A stretch of DNA of 61,736 bases, the filler included, from Sluysia triapertura (taxonomy: Eukaryota): NCBI GenBank assembly GCA_046118255.1. It is 5 parts of 5 records of this genome, joined end to end, with 100 filler letters (N's around TTAATTAATTAA, not from the genome) between each part and the next. Parts side by side here need not be neighbours in the genome. Positions count along the whole stretch, not along the records: positions 35,566 to 46,436 come from JBJNIA010192339.1; positions 46,537 to 61,736 come from JBJNIA010235005.1; 3 more parts are not named here. One strand, 5' to 3'. Made by a program: the position numbers and the translations under genes. Positions 39,201-53,053 of the stretch are shown here, piece by piece; within the stretch, counting starts at the first letter, position 1, and the number at the start of each line of letters is the position of its first letter. A model generated the notes under the pieces. That model was not told the origin of the DNA and did not search any database. It worked only from the letters and a program-made list of their open reading frames with translations.

Positions 39201-40700
39201 TATGTAAAATTATACAAAATTATAATATAAAATACAAAGATTGTACTTACTTTAAAATATCTGTAAACTTGCAAGGAAATTGAAATATATTAAAGAATGT
39301 TCAAAATATGTTAAGAGAAACTCAGAAACATTTCAAAATTACAAAAAGGTACTTTGAAAAAATTTTAAACAGGTTTCAAATAAGAAATTGAAATTAAAGA
39401 ACCCGTCATACAATTACCACGCAAAACAATCCGTGAATTAAACTAAATGAATATTAAAATGTATCAACAAATAATTGAATAAAAGTAAAAATAATATGAA
39501 ATATAATATAAAGAAAATGCACAGTCACAAAAACAATAATATGAATTATAATTAACTTAATGTATGTGTAGTACAAGGCCAAATATGTAAATTATTGTAG
39601 AACTGAATTGGTTATGTAGTATCATTATGATATGGAAATAAATTGAATATAATAAGGTTTATGAATCATGAATTTTGAAAATAATTGGTCATAATTTATT
39701 GTAAAGAAAAAGTAGTATAAATACTCTTATAAAGGAACCACAAATTCAAACAAAGATTAATCATCTTGTTGAGTAAAATATTAACGATTTTATTGTGAAT
39801 ATAAATTTTCTTTTTTTTAATGAGTGCGATGATAGGAAATGTTAAATTCTAATACAATAAAATTACAAAATATAACAAAATATTCAAAAAATTCAAGAGT
39901 TTTTAAGTGTGATAATATTCATTTGTTAAAATTATATTTCTCTTTTATGTATTAATTTAGTTGGAATGATAAATTTTTCATACTTTTATTTAGGGATTAC
40001 TTATAATTGCATTTCCATCTCTATCGAACGAGCCGAGTCAAAAGCACTCATGACGACGGATTTAAACGTTATTAAATTGAAGATCATAGTTTGAATAAAC
40101 TCTGTTAATACTCTTTATAAGTCTGTAAAGTTGTAATATAAAATTATATAAAAATAAAATGTGAATTAAAGATTATCGGAATTTTAAACTATTACACCAA
40201 GCTAAATATTTTCAACTGCACTATCATAATTTTATGAAACATTGATTTTATGTACAAGCTTTTTTTGGAGGCACAAAGAAAAATATCAGTGTGTTACATA
40301 TAATGTCCAATGAATCCAACAAAAGCACTAGTAAAAGTGCAGTTTAATTTAGTGTTTTATGATTTTTACTGAAACTTTTAAGTCACCAAATGTTACTCTG
40401 TTTGTGTATAAAATTCAATTCAAAACAATTAAAAATTATTTTATTGTTTGATTTGACACATCAAACAGCCTATAAAGTAATCGATTTATTTCAAAAAACT
40501 TGGAGACCCTAAAAATATTTTCCTCGAGCCCAAGATTTTAATACAGAACCAGTTTTACAAATTTTTCTTATTCTAACAATAACTGCAGCTTCACCTGAAA
40601 GAAGTGCACATGGCAATTATGATAACAAAAGCAACAAAAACAAAGAAAACATGGTCTTAATAAAATCAAATTAATAATGCAGTTTCTGTTGTGTCACTTA
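36244..40700 (+). pseudogene. Sec1/Munc18 (STXBP/Rop/unc-18)-like gene relic, unprocessed
   Basis: Clean AG/GT exon 36244-36345 encodes TFLLSEDDRMWKQLRHMHMADVS (Munc18-1: [22 protein letters not shown]). Candidate exon 39994-40088 encodes GITYNCISISIERAE (cf. GITEENLNKLIQHAQ). Weaker, disrupted collinear traces lie near 38.8, 39.4, 40.3 and 40.6 kb. Confidence 0.7.
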
Positions 40701-41846
40701 ACATTTTTGCAAATATATTAAATAATATCCAAATATTTATGTACTTTTGAAAACAAAAATAATGCTCATATATCTCTTAGTTGATGATGAAATCGTATTT
40801 AAACCCTTTTTTCTTCATATTTTATTTATTTATGCCACCATTATTAGTTATCATAACAAGCACGTGAGCTTCATAGACTAATCAAAATAAAAAAATATTG
40901 CGTTTCCGCTTAATGAAAGGTTTAAAGGTTATTTAAATTTAGATATTATATCAGATGTTCAATTTTTTGAGTAGTATATGAATTTGTTGAAATTTTTACT
41001 TTATTGTAGACAAAATTATTTTCTTAGTAATCAGTTAAGGAATATTTAAAAATTTAAATCAGATGTCGAAAAGATCGGCCATTGGCTCTACATATTCCTT
41101 ACGAAATGTTTGATGTTGCCTTTTGGATACGATTTACTAACTTTGGGAAACTATTGCTTTTAGGCAACCCATAATCAATAATCGCAAAATTTATTTCATT
41201 TAGTGCAGTGGCATTTATGGTGAATCTAACAAATTTCGTAAAATAACTTTGTATATTGCTTATAAAATCTTTCATCCTCAAAAAATAGTTTGATTCGTAA
41301 CCAAGAAACCATAGTTATAACAAAAGCGCACAGTTTAATAACAAGCATGATTAATAAGTTCCAAAGTAAAACAGGAATCACAACCGAATTTAAACTATAA
41401 ACTATAAACTAAACTATAGACTTGGCGAAAAAGATATTAAAGAAATAAATATAATGAAAATATTGCTGTTACACTTAAGGATGAAAACAAAGCCATTATA
41501 CAACAATCAGAACGAAAAAGACTCGAAGAACCATTTAAGTTTAACAAATCAACATCAAAGAATAAATTAAATTCTGCAAGGAAATTGTCACAATATTAGA
41601 ATTAGAATTAAATTTTTATTTTATTTTATTTTATGTATAAGAAAGATGTATAAAGAAATGTATCAAAGACAGAATAATAATTAACAAAAAGTTATAGAAA
41701 GATAAATCTTTATATAAGATTATTTGTATTATTATTTAAATTAATTCAAATCTATGTAAATTTATGTCCAGATCATGTTAAACAGAAATGCAAATAAAAA
41801 ATCAAGTTTAGAATTATAAGGATAATGCAATAGGAATAAATTAAAA

Positions 41847-41848
<2 letters not shown>

Positions 41849-41906
<58 letters not shown>
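41849..41906. repeat. (AAT)n microsatellite
   Basis: About 19 perfect AAT units. Similar tracts occur at about 20727-20761, 23700-23800, 51135-51170, 52993-53052 and (ACT)n at about 60468-60537. Confidence 0.95.
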
Positions 41907-44900
41907 TTTAATAGTAATATTTTATTCCAAATTCAATATGGTCTCCAGGCCTTGCTTTACTTAGTAGAAAAAGTTTATGGTGCATTAATATAGCTGCCAA
42001 TCCAGTGACATGTATTACCTATGTATAATTGTTATCATGTAATTTTATAGTTGCGGTTTGGTAACATTTTATAATTACAGTTTGTCATATCTTTTAACAG
42101 TCTTTTACGCAAAAAACGAATCTCCATAAAATACAATGAAAATTTAATCGAAATTCGAATGGAGACTATACTATTAGAACAGTCATGATTTGGAAAAGGC
42201 AATTGACACACCGAGCTGTTTTAAAATTTGTCCAGTGAAAAGAAGTTACTTAAGAAGATTCACACTTAATAATTTCACTAGTCAAATAAACGAACCATCT
42301 TATCATCAACCAGTTAGTAAAAGTCGATATGTAGACATTCCAGTAATTACATTTAGTTGTGCAAATAGCAATGTAAAGTGTCAATATTATTTTTCCACTT
42401 AACAATGAGTCACATCAATCTATTGGATTTTTCTGGAATACACTCGCATGTGAAGCACCAAGAATTAAAGGCGTAATTACCAGAAATATTGAAAGGTAAG
42501 TTAAATTAAATCAGTTTATTGCGCGAAGAGCTAAGGAAAACGAAATAAAATTATTAGTTGAGTTACAAAAGAAATATTTAAATGAAATATTTAACAGGGT
42601 AAAATTAACAGAATTTATACGCATTTTATATAGACTCCTAAATATATGGATTTCTTTTCATTAATAAATCAATGACTACTAAATCCAAATTTAATTAACT
42701 ATATGTGATGACATCAATTAAATTATAAAAACAATTCATTCAAACGCGTCTTCAATAAAAATATACATATAAAATGAATAACAAACCAAATATAATAAAA
42801 ACAAAAATGAAATAACAATAATAATAGTAATAATATTTTCAACGTGATGTAATTGTCACAATGAATAAACTTGTATATTATTTATTTATAATAATTAAAC
42901 GATTCAATGGCAGTTTTATTTTAGAAAATTTAATATTAAGCTATAAAATCAATATATTTCCTTAATTATAATTATTGAATAATAATTATGGTAATGATTT
43001 TATTAATAATCTAATCACCACATTGTACATGTTTAATAAAAGAAATCACATCTTTATCTATTAGTTGTTTGCGAATAATTTGATTTTTATTGATTTTCAT
43101 CTTCATTATCCAAGTATTTGCTTGTATTTTCTTTATCATAATAATACCACTGTGATGTAAATTTCACTGGCACTGAAATATTTATTTGTATATTTGTTAT
43201 CTTAAACAACTTTTTGTTTTCATTATAATGACAGATCACATTGTTCATTGATAATAATTTTAACACCAATTATTCGTCTATGATTATAAATAATTATGGA
43301 AGTGATGCAAAACAATTCTGACATTCAAAATCATATGATTGTATTTCATCAACATCAGTAAATTGTTAAAAATTTGTTATATTAACTAATCAGGAAATCA
43401 AATATTGTCCTTTTCTTTCATTTTGTTTGTACATAATAATTCATAATTTCGCATGCATAATAATTATTATTATAATTAAATTACCAAATTTATAATGAAT
43501 TCTATAAAACAATACTCATTATTTCGATAAATTAATTTTTGATTTTGTAAATAAATTCAACTCTTGTTTTCATAAAGCTATATCTTTTTCTTCATTTGTT
43601 GAATATGTGTTTGGCAAAATTTTTTTAATCAATGCGTAAAAGTTTCGACAATGACTGAACCAATTCACTTATGCAAAAGAAGATAGTTTAATGTTTAAAT
43701 GAAGGTTTTACTGGTCATTCACGTATTATGAATTTTGCAATGTGCAGAATTCATGGAAGAAACAGTATGGATTAGTATGAATATTGATATAAGATTGTAT
43801 TACTAAATTTCAAAATGACGTTAAATTGATAGTTAAATTGTCGACGTTAAATTGATAGTTTAATGTTATAAATATTCCAGATGGTTTGAAATTCAAAACA
43901 TTGAATGAAAGTTTAAAAATGCAACACAATTAAAAGCAGCTATGCTAGATGAAGTAAGGTTTTACGAGTTTAATCATGCGGAATTTACGACAATAAGTCT
44001 GGATCGGAGATAAACGTAAATTGTGAATTTAACCTCATCATCAATTTTATGTGGGGCAAAACCCGATTTAAGTCTAATGATATTTGAACTATTTGTTATT
44101 ACTTTTTTTATTGCTTTTACTTAAACTTATTTAGTAAACTTTTTTTATAAATTTAAAATTTCGAACTTTCTCTTTGATTTATTGAAAAGAACTAACTAAA
44201 ATTTAAGGTCTATTAAATGCAGCACGATATATGTAAATGTATGTGTTAGATAAGAACAAAAAACATCACACGTAATTTCAGCTAATATTCTTAAAATTTA
44301 TTTTATTTCAATGAATCTATTAGAATATTATATTATTTTAGACTTTTATTCTCAATATAATTTAATTATCAAAAGTTTCAGTTAATTCTGATTCAATAAG
44401 CTTGTTATAACTTCGATCAAATAAACATGGTAAAATTTAATTATGAATTATCACTGAAATGTTTCTCCTTATATAATTATTGTATAATAAATTTCGATAA
44501 TATTCACTTTAGTAATTTCTAATTTCAATAATTCCAATATAAATTTATTGTACTATAAATTCCAATATTGATAAATTCTATAGTTAATATTTATTTTAGT
44601 AATTCCAATTTTACTACACTATGAATTCTACAGTTATTCTATAATATAAATTTATAAATTTAATTCTATAATATAAATTCAATTATATAACTTAATTTTA
44701 TAAGTAGCATATAATAATTTATAAATTCTTATTATAAAAATATTATAGATAGGTTAAATTTTGTATTTAAATTTAAACTCTTTAATATTTGTGCATTTAT
44801 CTTTCACTTTTATTATTAATTGAGCCATAGCATGTACAAAATTATATATAAACTCGTTTCAGCATTGTCCATGGTACATCATCAGTATGTTCCAAACTAT

Positions 44901-45119
44901 AGATAATTTTGAACGTAAAGACAGTCGTTCCATCAAATTACAAGTAAAATTTAAATTAAACGATTTTGAGCCACAATTAGCTTTAAAGCTAATTAATCTT
45001 AAGTAATTGTTGCCCACAATTATGTGGAAGGTTTAATTCATAATCTCGATTTATAAATTTCGCTGTAGAGGCTTAAAACAAAATAACTTAAGTCACTAGA
45101 GTGCAAGACTTGCATCTAC

Positions 45120-45640
45120 GTTCTGAACCGAACTATACCATTTGCTCGACTCTACTTATATTACAAAAATGCTGGTGGCCGAATGCTAGTCACGATATTA
45201 AAGAATACTTAAAGAAATCCTAAACTTACAATAGATTATGTACTGAAATCTCTGTCATGAATGTTGTGATACAATATAAATATAGTTAAGTGTTATAGAT
45301 TTGCATTTCCGATTACAATTTTAAATCCAAAGCAGTGTTGTGCATCTTAATCATACATTTGAATAAGTTATTTTCCCTCTTCATAATTCCTAGAAGCATA
45401 ATTTTTGATAATGATAGAGCATTTCGTGATAAAACATTTGAAGAAAACTAAAGAAACTAAATTACATTATCATTATCTAGAAATAAATGGAATGGTGGAA
45501 AAATTACAAGGTCCATAGACCAATGAATATTAGACTGATTGTTATTAGATAGCTTTGATATGAGATATTCTTTGGCTCAAATACTGTACGTTTAAAGACT
45601 TGTCGGATCCCTTTATATATGTTTCATGGTTCTGAATTGG
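45120..45640 (+). mobile_element. Ty3/Gypsy integrase relic
   Basis: KCWWPNASHDIKEYL (H2C2 zinc-binding region), IPRSIIFDNDRAFRDKTFEE (second catalytic D) and NGMVEKL (catalytic E). Confidence 0.8.
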
Positions 45641-46436
45641 AAAATAAATTCAGCTATTACAAAAGCCTAAAATAAGTAACAAAGATCGTAGTTATTAACG
45701 GTTTTTTGCATGTGAGAAAATTATTGTCCAATAGAGGTCACAAAATCAAAAAGGATAAGAACTTATAGTTTGGTACTAAAATATGAATAAAACTTAAATA
45801 AAAAAATTAATAAAACTATATGGTTCTTCCACATTGCTTATTATGAATGACCAGTGTCAATGAAGAGTTTTATGCCCAGATAATTACTAAATATTTACAG
45901 TCAAATTAAAGTAGGAATAACTTTACGTTTAGAAATTATGACAAATTGGGATTCGAAAATCAAGTCTATTTAGTTACAGGATTAGAACGAAACCATAACT
46001 ATCAAATTCTTAATGATATTGCATAGGGAGAACAACTTCGTTCATATATCAAATCCCTTAATGAAACATAGCATATTAATAGGCTACGAATCAAATAAAA
46101 AGAATCTTACTAGTGATAGTTTCGACGCACTATTGAATACAGAACAACATTATGCACTAATACTACCCAACACCAGTATTCATCTATTCTTTGAACCAGA
46201 ACATAATCTTACATTTATTGAGGTTTGGATTTTACGTTACAATGAGATTCACGACATAATTGGATTTTGGCCAGAATATAGAGCATGCGATTTAAGGGTA
46301 CTTATTTTGGATAAACCAGATATTATCACCACTTTAACACCAATTACTACATATTGTGTGCTGGCTTGGTTTTATTGTGAAGAAATATTTTATTGTACAT
46401 TTATTTATAGGATTAATATTTTTAAATACATCTGAA

Positions 46437-46536
46437 NNNNNNNNNNNNNNNNNNNNNNNNNNNNNNNNNNNNNNNNNNNNTTAATTAATTAANNNNNNNN
46501 NNNNNNNNNNNNNNNNNNNNNNNNNNNNNNNNNNNN
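46437..46536. other. Artificial contig linker
   Basis: N44-TTAATTAATTAA-N44. Confidence 0.97.
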
Positions 46537-47299
46537 GTTTTATTTCGAATGTCGGTAAACAGTCGGGGACATTCAAATTAATAAATACAAAATGAAACTA
46601 AATTAAACAATGCAATTTCTTTATTATTGTATAAATAGAGTAAATAATCATTCATTTGGTTTTTAATAATGTGTTTTGATTTGCTGATTTCTTTTTAAAA
46701 GTAATTTTTTGTGCAATTATTTTGAAACGTTTTATAGGAAGAAAAAATTATTAAAAACATCTTTCATGTATAATTCACTTAAATAAACATGTTTAACAAT
46801 AAGTTTATATTTTGTATAATAATTAATTTCATTTCATTTTCTCTTCACATTCTCATTGATTTTTGTTCATATTTCAAATTTTGCTTTTAAAGAATTGACA
46901 AGTTAAGTGTTAATGTACTTTGTACTTAAAGAATTATAAATTGTAACATAATCTTTTATAACATATTTATTAATGAAATCAGCATTAATTATGACATAAA
47001 CACAAGAACACAGGAAATACCCTTAACGGAAATAAACGAGATTTTTTCTACAATAGTTGCTTGAAAGAAATTGTTTAAATTATTGTTTAACATATAATAT
47101 TAAAATATGAAATAGTTGTAGTATTTAAACAAAAAAATAACGTTATTACTTTGTAATATGTCAAATATGTCAACTATAATTGTTAAAAATACAAATCTGG
47201 ACTGATCAGTCTTGTTATGATCTCAGAGTGTCCTATAGTTTGTCTTTCAAGTGGAAATATTTCTCTTTATTAAGTTTAATTTTTTAGATATTCTCTATT

Positions 47300-48000
47300 A
47301 TAACAATACTGCACAAACAACTTTCTATTATTTTCAGGAATTTCCATCTCTATCGAAGCACTTCTATAGTTTGTTATTATGAGGACAGGATGATAGAATA
47401 TGCGTGTTAATTGCTCGAATTTTACTGTTTCTTGATAATAGTTTGGGTTCAAAAAGTTTTTCTAAATACAGCTTAAATGTGCAACAATTTATTGTCGTTT
47501 GAATATTGAATAATCTGTTTGACTTTCATTGGTGGTGATCCGATACAGTTAAGTCTACAAATGAATTGATTTATATAACCTTTCCTAATTTGTTACATTG
47601 TTATTGTAAAAACATTGTTTATTTGTACAATAATGAATAGAATTTTGTGAAATATAAATTTTGGATTGAAATCTTCATTATAAATCTGAAATATGTAAAT
47701 GAATTTATGCTACACTTTCGCATGTCATCAAGTTTAGAAATGTAATTAAGTCGAATTTTAGTTTTTAAGTATGTTTTTATTCAAAATTTTTCTTAATTTA
47801 TGATTATTGATAAATATATTTGAATCTAGATGTAATCGTACGGTGTAGTTCTTTTGTATAACTAAAATTTATTATCTTACAAATTCTGTTTATTGAATAT
47901 CTAATTAGGCCAAAATACAATGTTGGCTCGTCTTTCTTTCAATATGAATACCGACTCCGACAATTTCCTCATTTATTGAAACTTTACGTTTTAAATTTAT
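47300..48000 (-). mobile_element. Possible second gypsy integrase relic
   Basis: Minus-strand RRANIVFWPN resembles the RAR..VFWP H2C2 segment; the rest is highly decayed. Confidence 0.4.
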
Positions 48001-48565
48001 TAAATTTGCGCGGTTATTAATATCATCTATGGAGAACTGAATTAAAAATTAAAATTACTAATTTGGATTACCGCATACACATGCGTAATGTTATTAAAAA
48101 TTTCTTCTTGCAGTTCTCGAGTGGTAGCCTCTTTTTTATGTTGTCCTATGTTCACTTCTGAATCATGTACGACCTTAACATAATGATAGATAACTTTCTG
48201 GAAATAGATCATATTGGAACTGTAATCATTGATGCAGATTTTGACAACATTTGTTCTTATTTTATTGTCGTTTCGGTCGACTTAGAATTCATTAAGCATT
48301 GCGTCTCTGACTTTTGTTACATCTATTATGATAAAATCGACATCATCTAACTATGATTCAAATTAAAATGTTCTAAATGCTATCTCAATTTGAATTCATA
48401 TATCAAAAATAATGTGAAACTTTTAAATTTTTATTTAAAGTTATTCACTTACTGTTAATCTACCTTCTTAAGCACCCTAAGTGTGATAATAACTCTTTAA
48501 TCAATAATTATATAATTCATAATTATACTTTAAAATTAAAGAAGGAAAAATATTCTATATGCAAT

Positions 48566-49197
48566 TGTGGTGTTCTTAAAGCTAAAGCTACGGAAAATGA
48601 AAATGAGTACGGTCCGATTACAGTAAACGTCTTACAACGTATCGTTGGCGCTTTTGTAACTAATAAGTTAAGAATTTTACTATATTTACTTAAGAAATGA
48701 ATTTAGCACGTTCCGAGTGTCTTAATTTTAAATAGCACAATAAAGAAAAGACTCAATTAGTTTTAAATTATATTAAACTAAATATACGTGTACAATAGAT
48801 TATGATACAAAATAGAAAACAACAAAATACAACGTAAATAATATTTTATGATCTGAATCCTCTTTGGATATTCGATCTAATTGCTTTCAAGTTTTAAGTA
48901 GAAAATTTCCCCTCAATATTAAAGCTAAAAATTTATTTTTCCTGTATTTTAAGATCTTGACATAAAAAATCAAAATCACTTCAAAATAAAATAAACTAAC
49001 CTTTCATATAATATAAAAATCCTCATATGATAAATTTGTTCGAAGTCCAATCCAATCTGTCCAAGAGTTAAATATATTGTTTCAAAATTGCATCGGTTAT
49101 AAAGAAAAGTTGTGCATTACAAATGGCGCTAAATTTTTCTAAACTAATTATAAAATGGCGATTTTCATTAAACTTATGCTAGTTTATATACTAGTCT
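48566..49197 (-). repeat. Solo-LTR-like repeat, longest copy
   Basis: TGTGG terminus (…CCACA on the minus strand) and blocks shared with the 8061, 10350 and 31.1-31.5 kb copies. Confidence 0.55.
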
Positions 49198-49236
49198 ATA
49201 TATTAGTCTAAATAAGAATGAAGCAAAACGTAGGCA

Positions 49237-50107
49237 GTGCAACAAAATCCTAATGGCCAACGGTGGTTTTACGTTGCACTTAAGGACAAAATAGATCTGA
49301 ATGATAATATTTTTCAAAGAATTGCTAAAATAAGAAGTTCTCCTACAACAAATGATGATGTTGCGCTTCAAAGGATGAATTTTATAAAGAAATTTCACTT
49401 ATTCTTCATTGGAATTGACTTCTGTCTATAAATGGAATCTTGCACAAGGAAACGTAATATTGATTAAAATATTGAAATTTCATTTCCGGGGGATGATTTT
49501 AAACAATTAATAATATAATATCCGCGATATTGCTAGCTAAATTGGTTGTAGAGTTATTATTGTGAAGAGAACTCCACTTTATTACACTTCGATATATCAA
49601 TCAATTTCAATGAATTATTAACATGAATTGCTTGGTCAAATAACGAAAAGACGAACTTTCTCTTCAGACATGCTTCAGAATCTTCAAGTTACATCAATTA
49701 TTCAACATCAAAAGAAGATTATAAGTGATTGTACTTTATTTAATTATTTGAATAAAACAGAAATCTGTAAAGAAATTGAATCCCTACTCGCCCGTTTTGT
49801 GGTTACACTGTTAAATTAAGCTGAAAATGAATTGGAACATGAAATAATAATAAAACCAGCTAATTTTACAATGAAGGATAGATTGCAGCTGATTCTATTA
49901 ATGCACATTGTTTTTTATGCATAATTTAAGAAAAATGTTAAAAATGAATTAAAAATAAATAACAATTTTGTTTTGATTGATTGTTTTTTAAGTTTTGCGA
50001 TAATACTGCAAAATATTTTATATTTTATTATATATAAATTACTGTCATTTATCAGTAAATAATACCGATTACCGTTAATCAAATTGTCGGTAAATCTGCA
50101 ATCACTA
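49237..50107 (+). mobile_element. Possible hAT transposase C-terminal relic with right TIR
   Basis: ESLLARFVVTLL and DRL-ADSINAHCF resemble the hAT dimerisation domain; the region ends ...TCTGCAATCACTA, a TAGTGATTG-type terminus. Confidence 0.4.
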
Positions 50108-52459
50108 ATAAAATGATTTCGTACATCTGTAAGTACAAATAAACCTTATTTTAAAATAAACCTTATCACTACAATTAAATATATTGTATATATGTAATTA
50201 AATTATCGTATTATTCATAAATTCTCTTTTAAGTTGTGTGATAATAGTTAGAATCGTAATTGTATTGCCAACCTTATCACAAAATGGAGAAAATAGAAAA
50301 CGTAATAATAATATACAATAGTCTGCTTATAAAAATGTGTAGATAATAAAAATAATGATTTTAATTCAAAAAATTAATTAATAAAAAATACTGTAAATGG
50401 AGTTTTAGACACTGAATAAACACCTACTCATTCATAAAAACAAGAATCAATATCAATTCAACATTTCCGAATCTGTAGGAAAAAGAATAGCAACAACGTT
50501 TTATATATTCAAATGATGATTAGATCTGAACATAAGCATTATTGAAAGGAACAATTTCCAAAAGTGAAATAGACCTGAAATAAAAAGTATATTCATTTTT
50601 TTCCTTCATGGCTTAAAATAAAGGCAAAATATTGAACAATTTATAAACGGAATTTTATGTTGCTGTAAAATCATTTTTTATTTATTTTATTTATTGCTAC
50701 TTTATAATTTTAAAAATATTTGTTTATTCATTTATTCGTAATGTGTAATAATAGTTATATTTTAGCATTATTCTTCCAAGGCCAAAAGCGTAAGAGTGAT
50801 ACTCATACTCTTAAACATTTAACAAAATTTTAACATCCTCTATTATAATTACAAATTTAAGTGGATATTTCGTTGAAATGATTTGATAATAAGTGATAAT
50901 TTGATTTGGGGATAAGCTTAATCTATTTGAGATTTAACTTTTTTTATAATTTGTAGTATGTCCGTTACATTTTCGAAACCATTAGCAAACTAGCACAGAT
51001 TATGACTAAGTAACTTTATATTAATTGATATAAGACTACAAATAAATGAAATATTTTGTCTTATGGAATATTCTAAAATAGATATTAAATTTTATAAAAT
51101 TTTATATGGATAATAATTTTATATTCCTATTATTTTATTATTATTACTATTACTATTATTATTATTTTATTATAATTATTACTGAAATAGTAGTTGTAGT
51201 ACTAGTACTAGTAGTCGCCTATAATTTATTTAAGAATTATAATTCCTTATTTTTCTTTCGACTAATGCATTATTCGACTGCACCTTAATAATTAATAATT
51301 AATATTATCTACAATTATTTTCCGTCTTTCATTTATATTATACTTATGAATTTGATAAAAATAAATTTCAGAATTATAAATTAAATTTTTGAATTATATT
51401 AAATGAAAACTCTATTTTAATATTTAACATGATTTAATATTTAATATTTAAACTTAATCAAAATTATATTTGCATTTAGAAATTTATAATATTAATAATG
51501 TAGTCCAAGAAACTCGAATAATATATATTGGTTTTACGCCAAATGTAAATGTATAAATAAATAAGTAAAAATATTATAATTAATGATTAAAATGAAACAT
51601 AAATTACTTTGAAGTTATAAATTCACTTAAGAACAAATAAGAAATGACTTATTTGAATTTAATAATAATATTTCAGTAATTTTAATAGTATAAATAAAAC
51701 ATGCTTAATTAACAGAATTAATTCGTTCGATACTTAAATTGATTCTACTAAGAGTAAATAGAAGTATAAATAATACATTAATATCATTTTAACCAATTAA
51801 ATGTTATGCATTTTCCATAAACATTTTAGCTTTACCTCTTTAACTGCATTCAAAATATTTGAGTTTTTTTTATAACTTACAAAATTTAAACTAAATCAGG
51901 GTTCACCTATACTAAACATTTCTAATTGATTATGTAATAATTAACTTTGCTGTAATGTGATAAAGTTTTTTGTTTCTTTATTGTCTTTAACTCAATTATT
52001 TTTTACTTTCTTCTTGGGTACTTAGATTTTGCTTATCGGTTGTTAGAATACTTGAATATTATTTTATATTATTAAAATCCTCACTATATGTTATCAATTC
52101 AAGTCTCTTTATAAAACTCGTAATTATTTTAAACTTTATTAAATATTATCACTTTATATTAAACTTAACTGGAGTCGTGAATTACAATACTCGTCCTAAA
52201 TGTTTAGGATGGAAGTGCTTAGCAGTTAATATCCTTAATATTTTGGTTTATTTATGTGACTTCACTCTTAAAAGAAAATTTAACCTATTAAAACTTCGTT
52301 AATTGTTTGATTTATATAAATATTTATCCAAGATTTAAATTTAATTTGTACAAAACAAAATAATAATAATAAAGAAAAATTATTTATTAAATATTTTAAG
52401 ATTATTAAAAAATAATAAATAGTTACTTACAGATAATACAGTTAGTGTCTTTTGATAAT

Positions 52460-52797
52460 TATAAGATTATTGGCTTTTGATGATTATTGTCTTTCGATTT
52501 TTCAAATAAGATTATTGGCTTTCGATGATTATTGTCTTTCGATTTTCAGATAAAATTTATTTGTTTTCGATGATTATTGTCTTTCGATTTTCAGATCAAA
52601 ATTATTGGCTTTCGACGATTATTGTCTTTCGATTCTCAGATAAAATTATTGGTTTTCGATGATATTGTCTTTCGATTTTCAGATAAAAATTATTGGCTTT
52701 CGACGATTATTGCCTTTCGATTTTGACTTTCAACGATTATTATCTTTAGATTTTAGATGAAAATGATTGATTGGGTTTCGACGATTATTGTCTTTTT
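52460..52797. repeat. Minisatellite, about 44-bp unit with internal 18-bp subrepeat, about 7 copies
   Basis: Consensus ATAAAATTATTGGCTTTCGAYGATTATTGTCTTTCGATTTTCAG. Confidence 0.92.
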
Positions 52798-52992
52798 ATA
52801 TCCAATTAGTAAAATTTTATTTAATAATTTGATAATAAATTCGATATAATAATAATTTTTACGCTATAAATAATTCCTATAATCAATATAAATATATATA
52901 CAGTGATTAATATTTTATTGGTTAGTAATTTTTCTAAATATATACAGTATGCAATTTGAATATTATATGTCATTTTAATATACAGTTATGAA

Positions 52993-53053
<61 letters not shown>

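Noticed and set aside
41050-44070. Coding-like patches at 41.1, 42.2-42.5, 43.1-43.4 and 43.6-44.1 kb
   Set aside because: They are disrupted and I could not assign any motif; probably old relics.
52460-52797. CRISPR-like array
   Set aside because: There are no unique spacers or cas genes, and the context is eukaryotic; this is a plain minisatellite.
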